Notes: generated by a model not told the origin, from the letters alone. Counted from the first letter of the stretch, positions 1-12,296 are shown. The stretch: DNA of 64,000 bases from Balanoglossus misakiensis (GCA_040954595.2 CM082578.2:15608998-15672997), one strand, 5' to 3'. A program made the numbers and translations.

Positions 1-244
1 GGGAGTATTTCCAGCCAGGGACTTCAATTTTCAGTTGGAACACGAAGTCGGTTTAGTTTTCAGTTCGGGAAAAATGCTTGTTGAGTCAGTATTGAAACAT
101 TATAAAGAATAAATCAAAATGTTCAGCGAAAATTCAGAGTAAACGATAGAAATTCACACATTTAGACATATTTTCGGTTTTTATACGTTCAAAACAAAAA
201 TGGCGTATAAAACTAGTCATTTATTTTTCCTGTATGTTAATTGT

Positions 245-306
245 CACCCTGAAGAGGCAAATTAAGTATTCGAAATTCGAAACGTCGGTGTTTTATCGAT
301 AATAAA
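245..306 (+). ncRNA. Degenerate minimal type-I hammerhead ribozyme motif, Penelope-like retroelement pLTR remnant
   Basis: CACC(245-248)-CTGAAGA(249-255)-[stem II region]-GAAA(279-282)-CG-TC(285-286)-GGTG(287-290). Stem I CACC/GGTG, the CUGANGA and GAAA cores, the palindromic ACGU stem III and a GUC cleavage triplet are all present, followed by AATAAA at 301-306. Stem II pairs poorly and carries a TTCGAAA duplication (269-282), so it is probably decayed. Confidence 0.5.
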
Positions 307-1316
307 ACTTCGAAGTTACAGCTCCCTCTTGCAGCCGCCATGTTTTATTTCACCCACTGTTAATAAAATCGTTTACATCTAACACTCTCTTACGAAATGA
401 TTAATTTCCATCGCACACCTTACTTATTATACTGGTCAAGTAAATTTGTATATATTGGCATCAACTTACATCAGCGTCATTATTAAAATGGAAAGATATA
501 GTACTCATATTTGTACAGTGAAACGCAACGCCAAAACTTTGACATATTTGAAGTGAAAATGAAAGCGCCCATAACGCAATGGCTGTCGCAATGTACTGTG
601 CAATGTTGACTTTTGGTACCCAAGGTTATGGTCTGTTAATGTTGTGCAATGGAACAGTCACTTCTCCAGGGATTCTCATACGTGTTACAAGCAGGAAAAA
701 TAAAAAAGGGTAGCCTATGCAACTGTATCATTTAATAAGTGAAAATTGATCGTAGTACTGAGTAGATTTTCTTCAAAGCATTGAAAGTTTTGATTTAACA
801 GTATGACTCCAAAACCAATAACTTTGCGATTAATTTCTGGAATAAAGCTAAGTACAATGAAACAAATTCTCAAATGCAACATTTGTGTCGACAATTATGT
901 TACTAGGCATTCTTCCACAAAACTTGAGTTATTTATAGTACCTTTCAATTTAGTCAACCAACTCTACATTTCTTAAAAGCTTGCCCTTTCAGACACCTCA
1001 TTAAAAGTACAAAAATTATATTTAGCGATGTTTAAACATGATATAGGGTGTCAGTTTTCACTAAAGATATACGCGTTCCCTGGGCAAAGCTCGAGTCGAT
1101 TTACAGCTGGCGGTAGCAGTCTCACGTGTGTGCCGCTTTGAAATATGCAAATTAATGAATGATGGGTAAATTGAAATACGTTGTTAGGAATGCAGAAATT
1201 ACTACGCAAATGGCGGGGCAAAGCACTTCATCTCTCCCTCGTTATATTTCAGCTGGCCACTAGAATAACAATTCACAGAGAACTGATATGCAGCTGTACA
1301 ACACATTTCTTTGCAG

Positions 1317-4300
1317 GATTGGACAGCCACGGCGCAAAATGTCAAGTCAGTTATTATGATCTCTTCGGTATCCGAGCCATGCGACGCGCAAATGACCGGA
1401 TTTGTCTTGCTAAAAGTTTCAGGTAATCTACCACAAGATCAGTCCAATTCTTACGCTGATCACGCAACGTTGATCTTTGGTGTTATGCAACTCAACGACA
1501 AGACTAATTATTATTGTACGGTCCGCTTGGAATACTGTGGTACATATGCAATAATTACTATTACTGTATGCCAGCATATTCTTTCCGACATAAAGTAGTA
1601 TTAAACATCTGTATATTACGCACAATCACAAAAATTACAATTGTACTTTACAGACGACGCTTTGGTTGACGCCACCTTGGAAATTGACTTGGATGTTGAG
1701 TACGCGTACGACTGTGACTCCCAAACACCATCGGTGTTCCGCCAAACAACGACCGCAACCATCGATACTGTTCGGCCGCTCTTCGAATTTGCGGGAGAGG
1801 ATGAAAACGTCGGAGAGCCGATCTACGCCATTCTCGGCGACACCATCAGAGTCAGGTTATACATGTTTTATCCGAGAGGTGTAGCTTACCCGTTTGTTCG
1901 CTTCAGCGCTGATGGTTTCGGTGTTCATCGGCCGGTATTATTGAATGTCAAATGGTCCAAAGTATATTCTGGAAGTAACTTACTCTGCTTTGAAAACTCC
2001 ACAACTTACGGCCCTGAGTTCAAAGGCTGTGGAAGTACCGCCAGATACAAGTTTATAAAACCCAACGACACTCTTGAGAACAAGGGACTAAACCTGAACC
2101 AAGCGGCTGAAATCACTCTCTCCCGGGCTGAGATGAAAATAATTGATGGTTCTGTCGACGACAATGAAAACAAAATACTGTGTATCCTTAAAACGAGACT
2201 GATTTCGAATCCACATTACAACGGTACGGCGACGACAGAGTCCAACTCGACGCATGTGTTGTCGGTAACTGTTGATTACGGTTCCGGGCAATGGGAGGGC
2301 AGTGTTGTCGTCATTGTAAATAGCACTGAGAATGACACGGCTGCCCGCTGGCCTAACTTGAGGCTATTTCGAGCAACTGCATACAAAGTAAATGTTGGGT
2401 AAGTAAAAACATTCGACCACCATTCAAATTGTTTACCGTTTGGGGGGGGGGGGGCAAAGTGAGAGGAGGCGGCGCCCAGATCTACCTCAAATGTCTTAAT
2501 CATTCATTATATTCAATCAAGCGAAAATGGTGACGTCGAGTAACTACTTCTAATAAGTGTTCTATCTATTGACTTTGCAGAAATTTTGTCCGTCTCCGGT
2601 TCACAGTTGATCACTTCGATACCTCCACTGCTCATGCGTATAACACGACTTTTACGGTGATCACCACGCCAGAATTTCCGTTCGACAGAATCCTTCGATG
2701 GACTGGTCCGTTTTCAGACGTAACGGTTCATAATGTTTCCAGAACGATATTTAAAATTGCTGTAAGTATTCCAGGAGACTCGTATTTCATACCACAAGGC
2801 AGAACGCTAAGATTAAAAGGGTGCATATTTTAGTGGTAAAAGAACGAACATAGACACAATCTCCATGACAACTCACGGATAGTAAACGTTTGTATATGAC
2901 AGTTATATTCCGAGTGGAGGTAAACATGGTTTTTATGTGAATGTGATCGCAACAGTTTAGTTGCATATGCAGTATTTCTACCTAATAATCTGAACTAAGG
3001 ATTGTAACGTGTATATCGAGAATTCGACTCCGTATTTTTTTCTAGATGGGTACGCTGAACTTGGACTATTCGTGTGACATGTATTTTGATCTTGAACCCC
3101 ATATCACTGTGGAGCCTGGTGAACTATACAAATATGTGGGCGCCGTCCAGTTGTCCTATGACGGCGAGAATGCAGCCAATAAAACCTACTCTGACTTGAA
3201 AACAGTGGCATTCAATTATGAATTACAGTGTAAGTATGTAGCTTCATCTGCCACGATTTTGTTTTTATTTCAGTCAGGAAAATTATCAACAACTCAGATT
3301 TCTTCGATAAATTGTACTTATGTTTCACAATGTATTTCTTCAAATATGCAAATGAAAAATTAATCTATTTGATAAGCTAACTATTGACGTTCGATAGAAG
3401 GAAACTCCATTGAACTGTTTTTACTAGTAAAGAAGTCAAATACGATTGTCTATACCTCATACACGAATTTCGCTTCTTTTTCATATTAGTGGCGTGTCCA
3501 ACTGGTTGGGTTTATCGTCATGGTTACTGCTATTTATTTGAGGGTGATATGGTGAATCACACAGTAGCGTCATCGACTTGTCAGACCTTTGGGGCAAATT
3601 TGGTTTCAATTCATTCGGACGAGGAAAATCGTTTCGTACACGGTCGGTTAGCATTTCTGTCTATTCCGTCTTCATTTGCATGGATTGGCTTAAGCAATAC
3701 TCAGGTAAGTGTTGATTTTGACACGTTTCTTTATTTTTAAATAGTGTAACACAAAAACGGATGATCGGAAGTCCAGCAAATTTTCACGCAATCGTGCTAC
3801 TAATATGCGTTCTCAAAAGATATTCTGAGATTATTCCTAACTTTCTTCGAATTGTAATTATGATAATCACACCAGTGACGAAAACTACCAAGGATGTTAA
3901 TTCTGTCCTTGCCAGACGCCTGGAAATGCATTGTGGGTAGACAAGACACCTGTTGATTTCAACCAAATCGCCGATCCCGAAGATTTCCGACAAATCACGT
4001 GCGGAGCGTTTGCCGTCAACTCAATGGCTGACGTCATCCAAGCAACATCGGACATCAAAAAACGACATTGGTATGACAACGAATGCAGTAAACTAGGAGG
4101 ATATGTTTGCAAGTATCCTGCAAGTATGTACAACTGATCTTAGTAAACTGTCTTGAATTGAAATGTTTTGTTTCCATACTACAACATGTCATTTCAGACA
4201 TTTGAAGTCGTCGTCCGTTGAGCTTATATGTTGACACTCCCCGTTTTGTTTTTATCAGTCGAATGTCCTGTGGGGTGGACACCTCGTCTGCGAACCTGTT

Positions 4301-5633
4301 ACTACCCCAGTGATGTCAACGACTTCAAGTTGAATTTCACGTCTGCCATGTCATACTGTCGTGAAAATGGCGGGCAGCTGTTGTCCATCAACACCGAAGA
4401 CGAATACCATTATTTATTGAAACAACTAACAACCGGAGAACCGTACTGGATAGGGCTGAGTGATGTCACGGTAAGATGACGTCGACGCAGTAAGGGTACA
4501 AGCAATGATGTAATTTCACTGACAACTTACTTGGACATCAATTACATTCTTCAGAGTAATTACCTTGGTAACTATGGAAACAGTTGCCTGAGTAACTGGC
4601 ATGAGCATGTATATCAGACGTCAAAACCCACGGAGCAACCTTCCTGGATTCAACCTAACTGACCCCTTTATCGTTTCAGGGACCAGACATAAAATGGACC
4701 GACGGAAGTTTCTATTTGCCGGGTACGCCTTGGTTACCAGTTATAACAGTGTCTGGAGATGGCCCGCATTGCGTTGAAATGACTGCAACAGACGACACAT
4801 CGGGTTCAAGCGAAGCAGTGAACTGTTCTCAACCACTGTCTTTTATATGTGAAAAGGAACAGTGTATGTATCCCATAGAATTCGTCTGGTATATATTTTG
4901 AAATGTATTGCAAAAAACACGATTGAAGAAAAAATTCAACCGCCTCGATAATCTATGAAGAATGTTCACTACTTGCTTGGAATCTCAACTGTCAACATTG
5001 TTCGTTATTTAGATCGCCATATTTCAGTACAGAGCACACCACGTCTGAATTGGTCGATGCAATCAGCTAAAAACTGCCAGTGTGAATACGACCCGACAAA
5101 GTACAACTGTGCCTGCTGTGAAGAAAATGGCTGCCAGTGCGTGTCGCCAGAAAATCACAACATTTGTACTGGATGCATGCAACACAGTGTCTGCCCTATA
5201 TCCAGTAAGTCTTCCATTAATGTTACATTGCTCTCTCTGAGTTTACTGTTGAACTTTCCCTTCCTACTTTTGGAGAATGCGAATTAATGCAAAATGGTTG
5301 CTATGAACCGTTGTAACTAAGTAGACATGTTTTTTTTCTTATACACAGCCTACAAAGACTACAGTCATTCCGTAAACTTCACCAATGGTGATGAGATCTT
5401 CTGCGAGTCCACAACAGGTGTGAGGTAGGTTTCATCAAACATGTGTTAAATGTCGTTCACAAAGCCAAGATGCTTCAGCTAGCATGCTTTGGTATAAAGC
5501 GAAAATGACGTCGTCATAAATTAAGTATATATATCTCTCTTCTCTTTCTCTCTCCAGCCTTCAAACTTCAAAGCGGAATTGTTTATATCGGACATCTTCA
5601 GCAACGTCAGTTTCATGGGCCGGTAAGACAACG

Positions 5634-5683
<50 letters not shown>

Positions 5684-5956
5684 GTCGGTAGTTAGGTATG
5701 TAGACCTCTAATACACCTACATTTGCATTTTTCAGTTCTGGGCACCAATATGGCGAACGTTGATTCTGTGGGTTATGACCAAGATTGGGCGCTCTCCATC
5801 GGTAAAGATGGGACTTCCTACATGGAGACAGACACCTCTACACTGAATTCCTACTCGGTCCCCTTATCTCATTGGCTGACGAAGCGTAACCAGACATACG
5901 AATCAGTAAACTCACATTTACTAGAAGACGATTTGACGCCATTTTGTTTGGAGTGA
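1317..5956 (+). CDS. Multidomain protein with two C-type lectin-like domains (CTLD), an uncharacterised beta-rich N-terminal region and a 10-Cys module; 5' end not identified
   Basis: Twelve GT-AG exons in consistent phase: 1317-1422, 1654-2398, 2581-2761, 3046-3229, 3490-3704, 3916-4123, 4259-4470, 4680-4863, 5013-5204, 5349-5424, 5558-5622, 5736-5956 (stop TGA); 2589 nt, about 862 aa. CTLD1 reads CPTGW..CY..C...GANLVSIHS.EEN..WIGL..W.D..C..WYD..C....YVCK. CTLD2 reads CPVGW..CY..C..GGQLLSIN..WIGL..WTDGS..CV..C.....FICEK. AATAAA at 6274-6279. No start codon or signal peptide exon was located. Confidence 0.85.
5635..5686. repeat. (TGTC)n microsatellite in last intron of the lectin gene
   Basis: Direct reading of tandem TGTC units. 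Confidence 0.95.
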
Positions 5957-8602
5957 AGTTCTTGTCGTGAATATTTACATTTAGTTTCCACACAAAAAAA
6001 CTCAACTTCGAATGTAGTCATGTCATCAAGCAGTTGTGTGCCTTAATACATGTCTGTATTTATTTTTATGAAATACTGCTCATAAACCCAAAAATCAAGT
6101 TTTGGAATCCCTTGCAATTTTATGATAATGTCATCAATGTTAAAATGAAATCAGGAAATTTTAATTCCAACTACACATGTATATTGACGACAAAACCTAA
6201 GGGTTGTGAATCAAAAATTATACGTTTACCACTAATTATGATTATGCCAACTTATAACACGTGACCTGTAGTGAATAAAATCTATCGTTTATGATGTGAA
6301 AGCTCTGCGTAAGGCAAATCTTCATACGACCTTCAACATGCATGGATGAATATATATTTCTAAGTATTCAAACACTTTTAAGCTTTTTAAACTTTGCGCA
6401 GACATTTACTTTAGAATATTATGCGACAATATCGTCAAACAACAGTGAGATTTTGTCGTGAAAACCCTGACCAGGAAGTGAGGGTCGACAGAAAGCACAA
6501 AAGTCCTTGTAGTGAGAAACTCCCACCTTTTAAATGAGCTTTTTAAGCAGTAACCCTATGTCAGTGCATACCTACGCACATTCTGACCTGCATCCGTGAA
6601 CCTATGTCACTTGGCACGTTTTTTTTGTTGTTGTTGGCGGGGATTATCATGAGGGTGTTACAAGGCAGTCCATGTGGGCGAGGCTGTATCATTTATGTGT
6701 CGCGTGGTATAATAAATTTATCACGAAACTAGAGCATAACATGGCTTTTGCTAGGCCTAATCGGTAAGGTTAATTCGGTGGGCGGAGTGTTATCACACGC
6801 TGACAATACCAGTTAAAAACATTTCTTGAAGTTTCGGTTTCACTTTAGTTGAGGATCGGTCGGTGACTGTTGGACACAGTAATCAAATTTTCAGGAATGA
6901 CAAATCACGTATATTTTGTTAAATATTTTTTGATTTGTACAGGTTTACTGTGCTAAAATGATAAAAATAATTAATTTTACAGAAAGTCTGCAAATAGTTC
7001 AGTGTTGAGTGACCCTAGCACTGATGACGTCATTCGGGTGACGCATTTCGATACACATGAACAAAGTAAGTGGAAGAAGCGTTGAGCTTTTCACGATTTT
7101 TGAGAAAGTGTAATGTATTGGTCAAACATCAGGAACCATAGCAATGTTCAAACAGGCGGCAATAAGATTGTTCGTATGGAGTTTTTCAGTGGATGGATTG
7201 GTGACTTCAAGTTTTCAGTCGCCAGCCCTACGGACATGGAATTTAACGCAGAAAAGCCTAGATTTCTGGGCAGGTTTTTGCCACCAATGCGTTTGTGATA
7301 ACCGTCGTGGGTAAGTAGGCAAAATTGAGGACGGTTTGGGGGAATTTCCGGCAGATTACAATGGGAAATTTTCGCTGTTGTTGGTACGAGTGGGCAGACT
7401 TTCGGTTGTAGTGAGAGTGTGGGGGCACTATGAAATGCAGTAGGAGGACATGCGTCTTGGGCATATGTTATGCACACCTGACCTTTTGCTAAACCTTTGT
7501 TTCAGTTACGTGCACAGGCAAATTGTCTAAAAGTGTATATACATGTACATAGAAATGCCTACGTTGAGATATATGAAAAAAAATGTGTTAATGTGCTTTC
7601 AATTTTAATTTCTGGACTCGGACTCCCTGTATTTTCAGCAGAGTACTGTCAAAGTCTTATAACACTACTTGCAATGTCATATCACTGTTATCGTTGACAG
7701 ACGCATTTAAGTCCGGACTTAAAATTCAATGTCGATTGTGCACATACGGGCTACATGTATGTTGAGAAGATTAACACTACCCTAACCGTGCTTCGGGGAT
7801 TCGCTGCACAAGAAACCATGGTCGATACTCAGAATATAAATACTAAAAATAAGATACAGATACAGGATGTTTAGGTGACGGAACAAGATAACCAAATTCC
7901 TGTTCGAAAAATTACACACGTCACTGCCTTAGTTTTGGCGTCCGATATTTGACTGCAGTTCTAAAACGTTTGACATTTTGACGCTTTGGTATCTTATCAC
8001 AACTTGCGATCACCGATAACTATATGCTAAAGTCCAAAGAAGTTGACTGAAATTGCTGTAAATCGTTCTCTGTCACCAAGCAGTCAGCGGGCCAATATCC
8101 GTTAGAACAGACATAACAAGAAGAGTGTTCTCAATTGGACCAGTGTTTTCCGACAAAAACATGGTTCCTTGGGTTCGAGGGTGATGGATTCTCTGTGGAT
8201 GCAGCATCACTGGCAGAGATACATTTTCACCTCGGGAAGTCAACATAGTGAATGTGGGTGTGTTTGTCGTGGTTGTCGTGGGGGCCACCACAGACACTGA
8301 GATATTATCACTGATACTGACAGTGCGGATAATATCCGTATTAAAAGATACACGATGTCCAGAAGAGAATGTAGCATGGTACAGCAAGGCTGTTTCCTGT
8401 AAGGCCATATACGCCCTCGCCATACATATCACTTCAATCAATAACAACGGTCTTTTCTGAGGGCCGGCAAAGCCCACGCAAATATTTTTTGTTTAGTGTG
8501 CGAGTTTACTGTGAGTTCACCGCACATATGCAATTGTCATCATTGGGAACGAAGTCGACTCATTAGCCCGCTGCAACTTTATACGGATCGCACAACAGCA
8601 TC

Positions 8603-11335
8603 ATGGCGCGTATTCGTCTGCGGCGGATAATCACCATGGAACCAGTCTTATTTTCTCTCAAATTCGCTTTCTCGATCCTGTTTTCTCTCCGTGTTCAGTA
8701 CATAAGGCAATCTGTCGGAGCCATGTACGGCATCAACCAGGCTTCTTCTACTTCAAAGAACACAGGCAACCACAGCTGCGACCGCCACATAAATCGATCA
8801 GACCCGGACTACATCCTATCAGAAAAGGTTCAGTCTGAGGCATCCAGCTGGATTATGTACTTCGAGGTCGTGTCGGCCGTTCTGACGCTGATCTCCGCAA
8901 CTTTCCTCGGATCGTACAGTGAGCGAGGAGGTGGCAGAAAAGTGTGCTTGCTGATCCCAATGGTGGGCTTCACGCTGTACTTGTTCTGCATTCTCCTCAA
9001 CATATATCTGGAACTTCCTCTCGCGTACTTGTTCATCGCGGAATTCATACGAGGAATCACCGGACAGGGTTTCACGGCCACGGCGATGAGTTACGCTTAC
9101 ATCGCCGATATAACCACAAAAGAACAGCGCGCATACCGGCTAATATTCCTCGAAGTTTGCTCTTTTGTTGGTGGCGGCCTCGCACAGATTACGACCGGCT
9201 ACTGGATTCGTTCCCATGGCTACCTACCACCGACATGGTTTGCCTATGGCCTGATGGTTGTCACTGTCTTTTACATCATAATCTGGGTCGAAGAGACAGC
9301 ACCGGTTGAAAATGACGTAATATCGTCATGGAAACTGCGCCAACAATTTGTTGACATTTTACACTTGTTCACCAAAAGTTCGCGGGGAGTTTGTTATCAG
9401 CTTTGCATTTTCTCTGTCGCCTTGTTTGTGTTTTTCTTAATTATCGGTTCTGCCCCAGGCATTATCATACTTTCTCTTCTCGGACCGCCATTTTGTTTTA
9501 CGCCTGTCTACATAGGCTACTACCAAGGTATTTATGACGTCGCCAATGCAATAGGTGAGTAGGGGCATCTGTAGGTTGGGTTTTACATAAAAGGTTATGA
9601 CGAACAGAGAGCGTTCGTACTCTCGAAAAGACTGAAGCTTATACGTTAAAGTTTTCGAGAAGACTTGAAATCTTCTGCGAGGGAACCAACGCAAGGAAGG
9701 AACCACCCAGCAAACAATTATTAGCCCTACCTTAAAAGTTTCTATAACCAGACTGTGTGACAACAATGGCGTATTACAACAATAAACACTCTCTTTGGAA
9801 AGTTACGTGATATTTTCAACACTTAAATATACCTTTCGTTTTCGACAGCGATTGAGTTCTCCCACGTAAATATCCTAGACTGAAGGCTATAGTAAATTAG
9901 GGACCTACCCGAACAATAACACCTGTAGAAACTGGACACAACATATCTAGATCGTGTGTGATGATTTCAAATTCTTTGTTACAGGACTACTTGCCGCTGG
10001 TAAGATTTTAACGAAATTCCTCGGAGATCTCGCGATGGCTCAAGTTGGAATGCTATCCTATTGCGCTAGCTTTCTGGTGATAGCCTTTGCCGTGACTGCA
10101 GTGATGGTCCTCTTTGGTAGGTTGCTATGCAGCGTTTAACCTTTGACCCGAATCCGACGTTTGTACTGACCATTGATAATGTCGCTTTTAAATTCGTTCG
10201 TAGCCACAGAAACACATTGATTCTATATTCTTTGGAATGCATCTAATACTAATATCGCTGTACCACTCCTCGAAGCATTGCGAAACTATAATAGCTTATC
10301 AACACAGTTTGCAAGTAACGGTACGCGTATTCAATTGTGATGCAATGGCGCTTTTAAATTGAGAATCGTGATTCAGATTTTTGTTTTCTTATCAGCCCAC
10401 ATCGTGACCTATCCTATTTTCCAGGTCAGAATTAATCGATTAATCGATTGTTTCTGTTTCGTTACTTCCAGCCCCCGTCGTTGGATTCCTTCTGACCCTA
10501 CCACTGCCTGCTATAAAATCGCGCATATCCAAACTCTTTGAGCCAAGAAAGCAAGGTAAAAACACGTCGATATTCTATCACATGCACTGACATATTCATC
10601 AGGTGTAAAATGTTATCCGAAGGGGAGTATTCCTACAATCTTTTTGCCACCCCCTCCCGACAAACGATACCATCTCACTCCATTATTTATGATTTTTTGC
10701 TACGATCAAAAGTAGAGAAAACCATAATTATATTTTGATACTGATCATGTGAAGGTACGATACGTATTGATAACACGAAAACATGATTATCTTTCAGGAA
10801 TTGTATTCGCCTATCTAGCATGCATTCAAAACGTCAGTCATTGTTTCTCTCCGATCCTCTTTAATACTATCTACGCAAAGACAGTGACCGCATCTCCAAA
10901 CCTGATTTTTGTCATCTACACCGCAACGCTGGCCATACCAGCGTCTCTCGTGGCGTGAGTATTTCTTTTGTTTTTCTTGTGTGAGGGCATACGGTTTATA
11001 TCTCTAAATTTATGATCAAAAAGGGCGTGTCTAAGGCTACGAATGACCATGTGGTGGCGCGCTTTTTTCACGTGGCTACCCGGGCCCAGTGAAAATGTGT
11101 GATTGGCTAGATCACGACTTTCCATGACAACAGTGGCCACATTTGCATAGGTAACCGTCGACTAAAATATGACAATTTCCTTTCCAGTGTTGTGCAAGGA
11201 ATGAAATGCAGGAATAATGAGGGAGAACCACTCCAACCAATTGACGCAGAAGGGGCGTACCGACCCCTAGGTGCAGATGAGCCGATCCAACACCATGAAC
11301 ACGTCAACGTAGCGGGAAGCATTCAAGCCAAATAG
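8603..11335 (+). CDS. SLC46A: SLC46-family MFS transporter (proton-coupled folate transporter / SLC46A3-like), paralog A, about 490 aa
   Basis: Exons 8603-9554, 9985-10116, 10472-10555, 10798-10954, 11188-11335 (TAG), all phase-consistent, 1473 nt. N-terminal ITMEPVLF, luminal Cys loop, AYIADIT..EQRAYRL.FLE, PPFCFTP..IGY, KSRISKL...KQG, SP.LFNTIY are typical of SLC46. The 84-nt and 157-nt exons match the sizes I recall for human SLC46A1 exons 3 and 4. Confidence 0.9.
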
Positions 11336-12296
11336 TGGTGTACAACCCCTATATCTGATACATGTAACAGAAATCACCGCTTCAGAAGGAATTCCGTATT
11401 CCAGAGTTTTAGAACAGCATGAAACAGTATTTACACATGTGGCATTTTATAACTGGATTTTTTGTCTTGGAAGGGGACATCATATAGGACCAATTTTCAT
11501 GATACAGAGATTTCACAGGAGGGGATTGAAAGTTAAAGCACACTCAATGCTTTGATTCCGTGTACATTTAACACGGGAAAGTAGTTTTATATGTACAGTG
11601 GATTCCCTTCTCGCCAACACTGATTGTGCATACTGTACCTGTCAGTACACTCGTAACATTTTACATATATACAGTATATAGTAAACTTAATAACAACTCG
11701 CCACGATACATCCTATATGTCTGGTCAATAACTGAGTAATTGTGTTGTCTGCTGTTACTTTACTTACCGCGTCCTATACAGCAAAAAACAGCGCAGAAAC
11801 TCTGTTGTTGGGTTGTCTTCGCTCCGGCACATCAAAATGAAGTCCACGTGCATCGGCATGGCCGTCTTTCACCGTACGAAAATGCCCGGATGGTAGACGG
11901 TAATTTCCATGTCGAGGTAGTCCAGGTGACTTGAACCAATCAGCAACGAAATCAGGTGGAAACGAATCAGGTGGAAAGATCAGATCGTGCATGATAATGA
12001 GACAAGGTTTAACGGAATGTTCTGGGTTAAATGTCAATGGATTGCACTTTATTCTTCCAAGTAAATCTTTGAATAATGTTTTACAAGCCGATAAAGAAAG
12101 TTTCACCGACTGTAAAGTGTACTACATGTATATTTTAATGCCATGTAAATGTCTTCGAACCGTCGACTCCGGCAAATAGTTTGCCCATAACACGAACGTC
12201 GAATTTGTGTCCAAATTTCAAAATGGCGTGGATATTGGTCAGTTTACAGAAGGATAATTTGGAGTCGAATTCTCGGGTCGATCGGCTGATAGTCAT

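Noticed and set aside
7021-7052. CTGATGA followed by CGTCA/TGACG stem, a possible second hammerhead
   Set aside because: There is no GAAA core after the stem and no stem I/III. Better explained as a CRE site (TGACGTCA) plus a half-site.
8073-8477. 134-aa minus-strand ORF divergent from SLC46 paralog A
   Set aside because: It starts at GTG, has no recognisable domain and no convincing splice partners. Likely a chance ORF in promoter/5' UTR sequence.
11944-11978. Tandem ACGAA(A)TCAGGTGGAAA duplication between the convergent SLC46 genes
   Set aside because: Only two short copies, most simply a slippage duplication in UTR or intergenic DNA.
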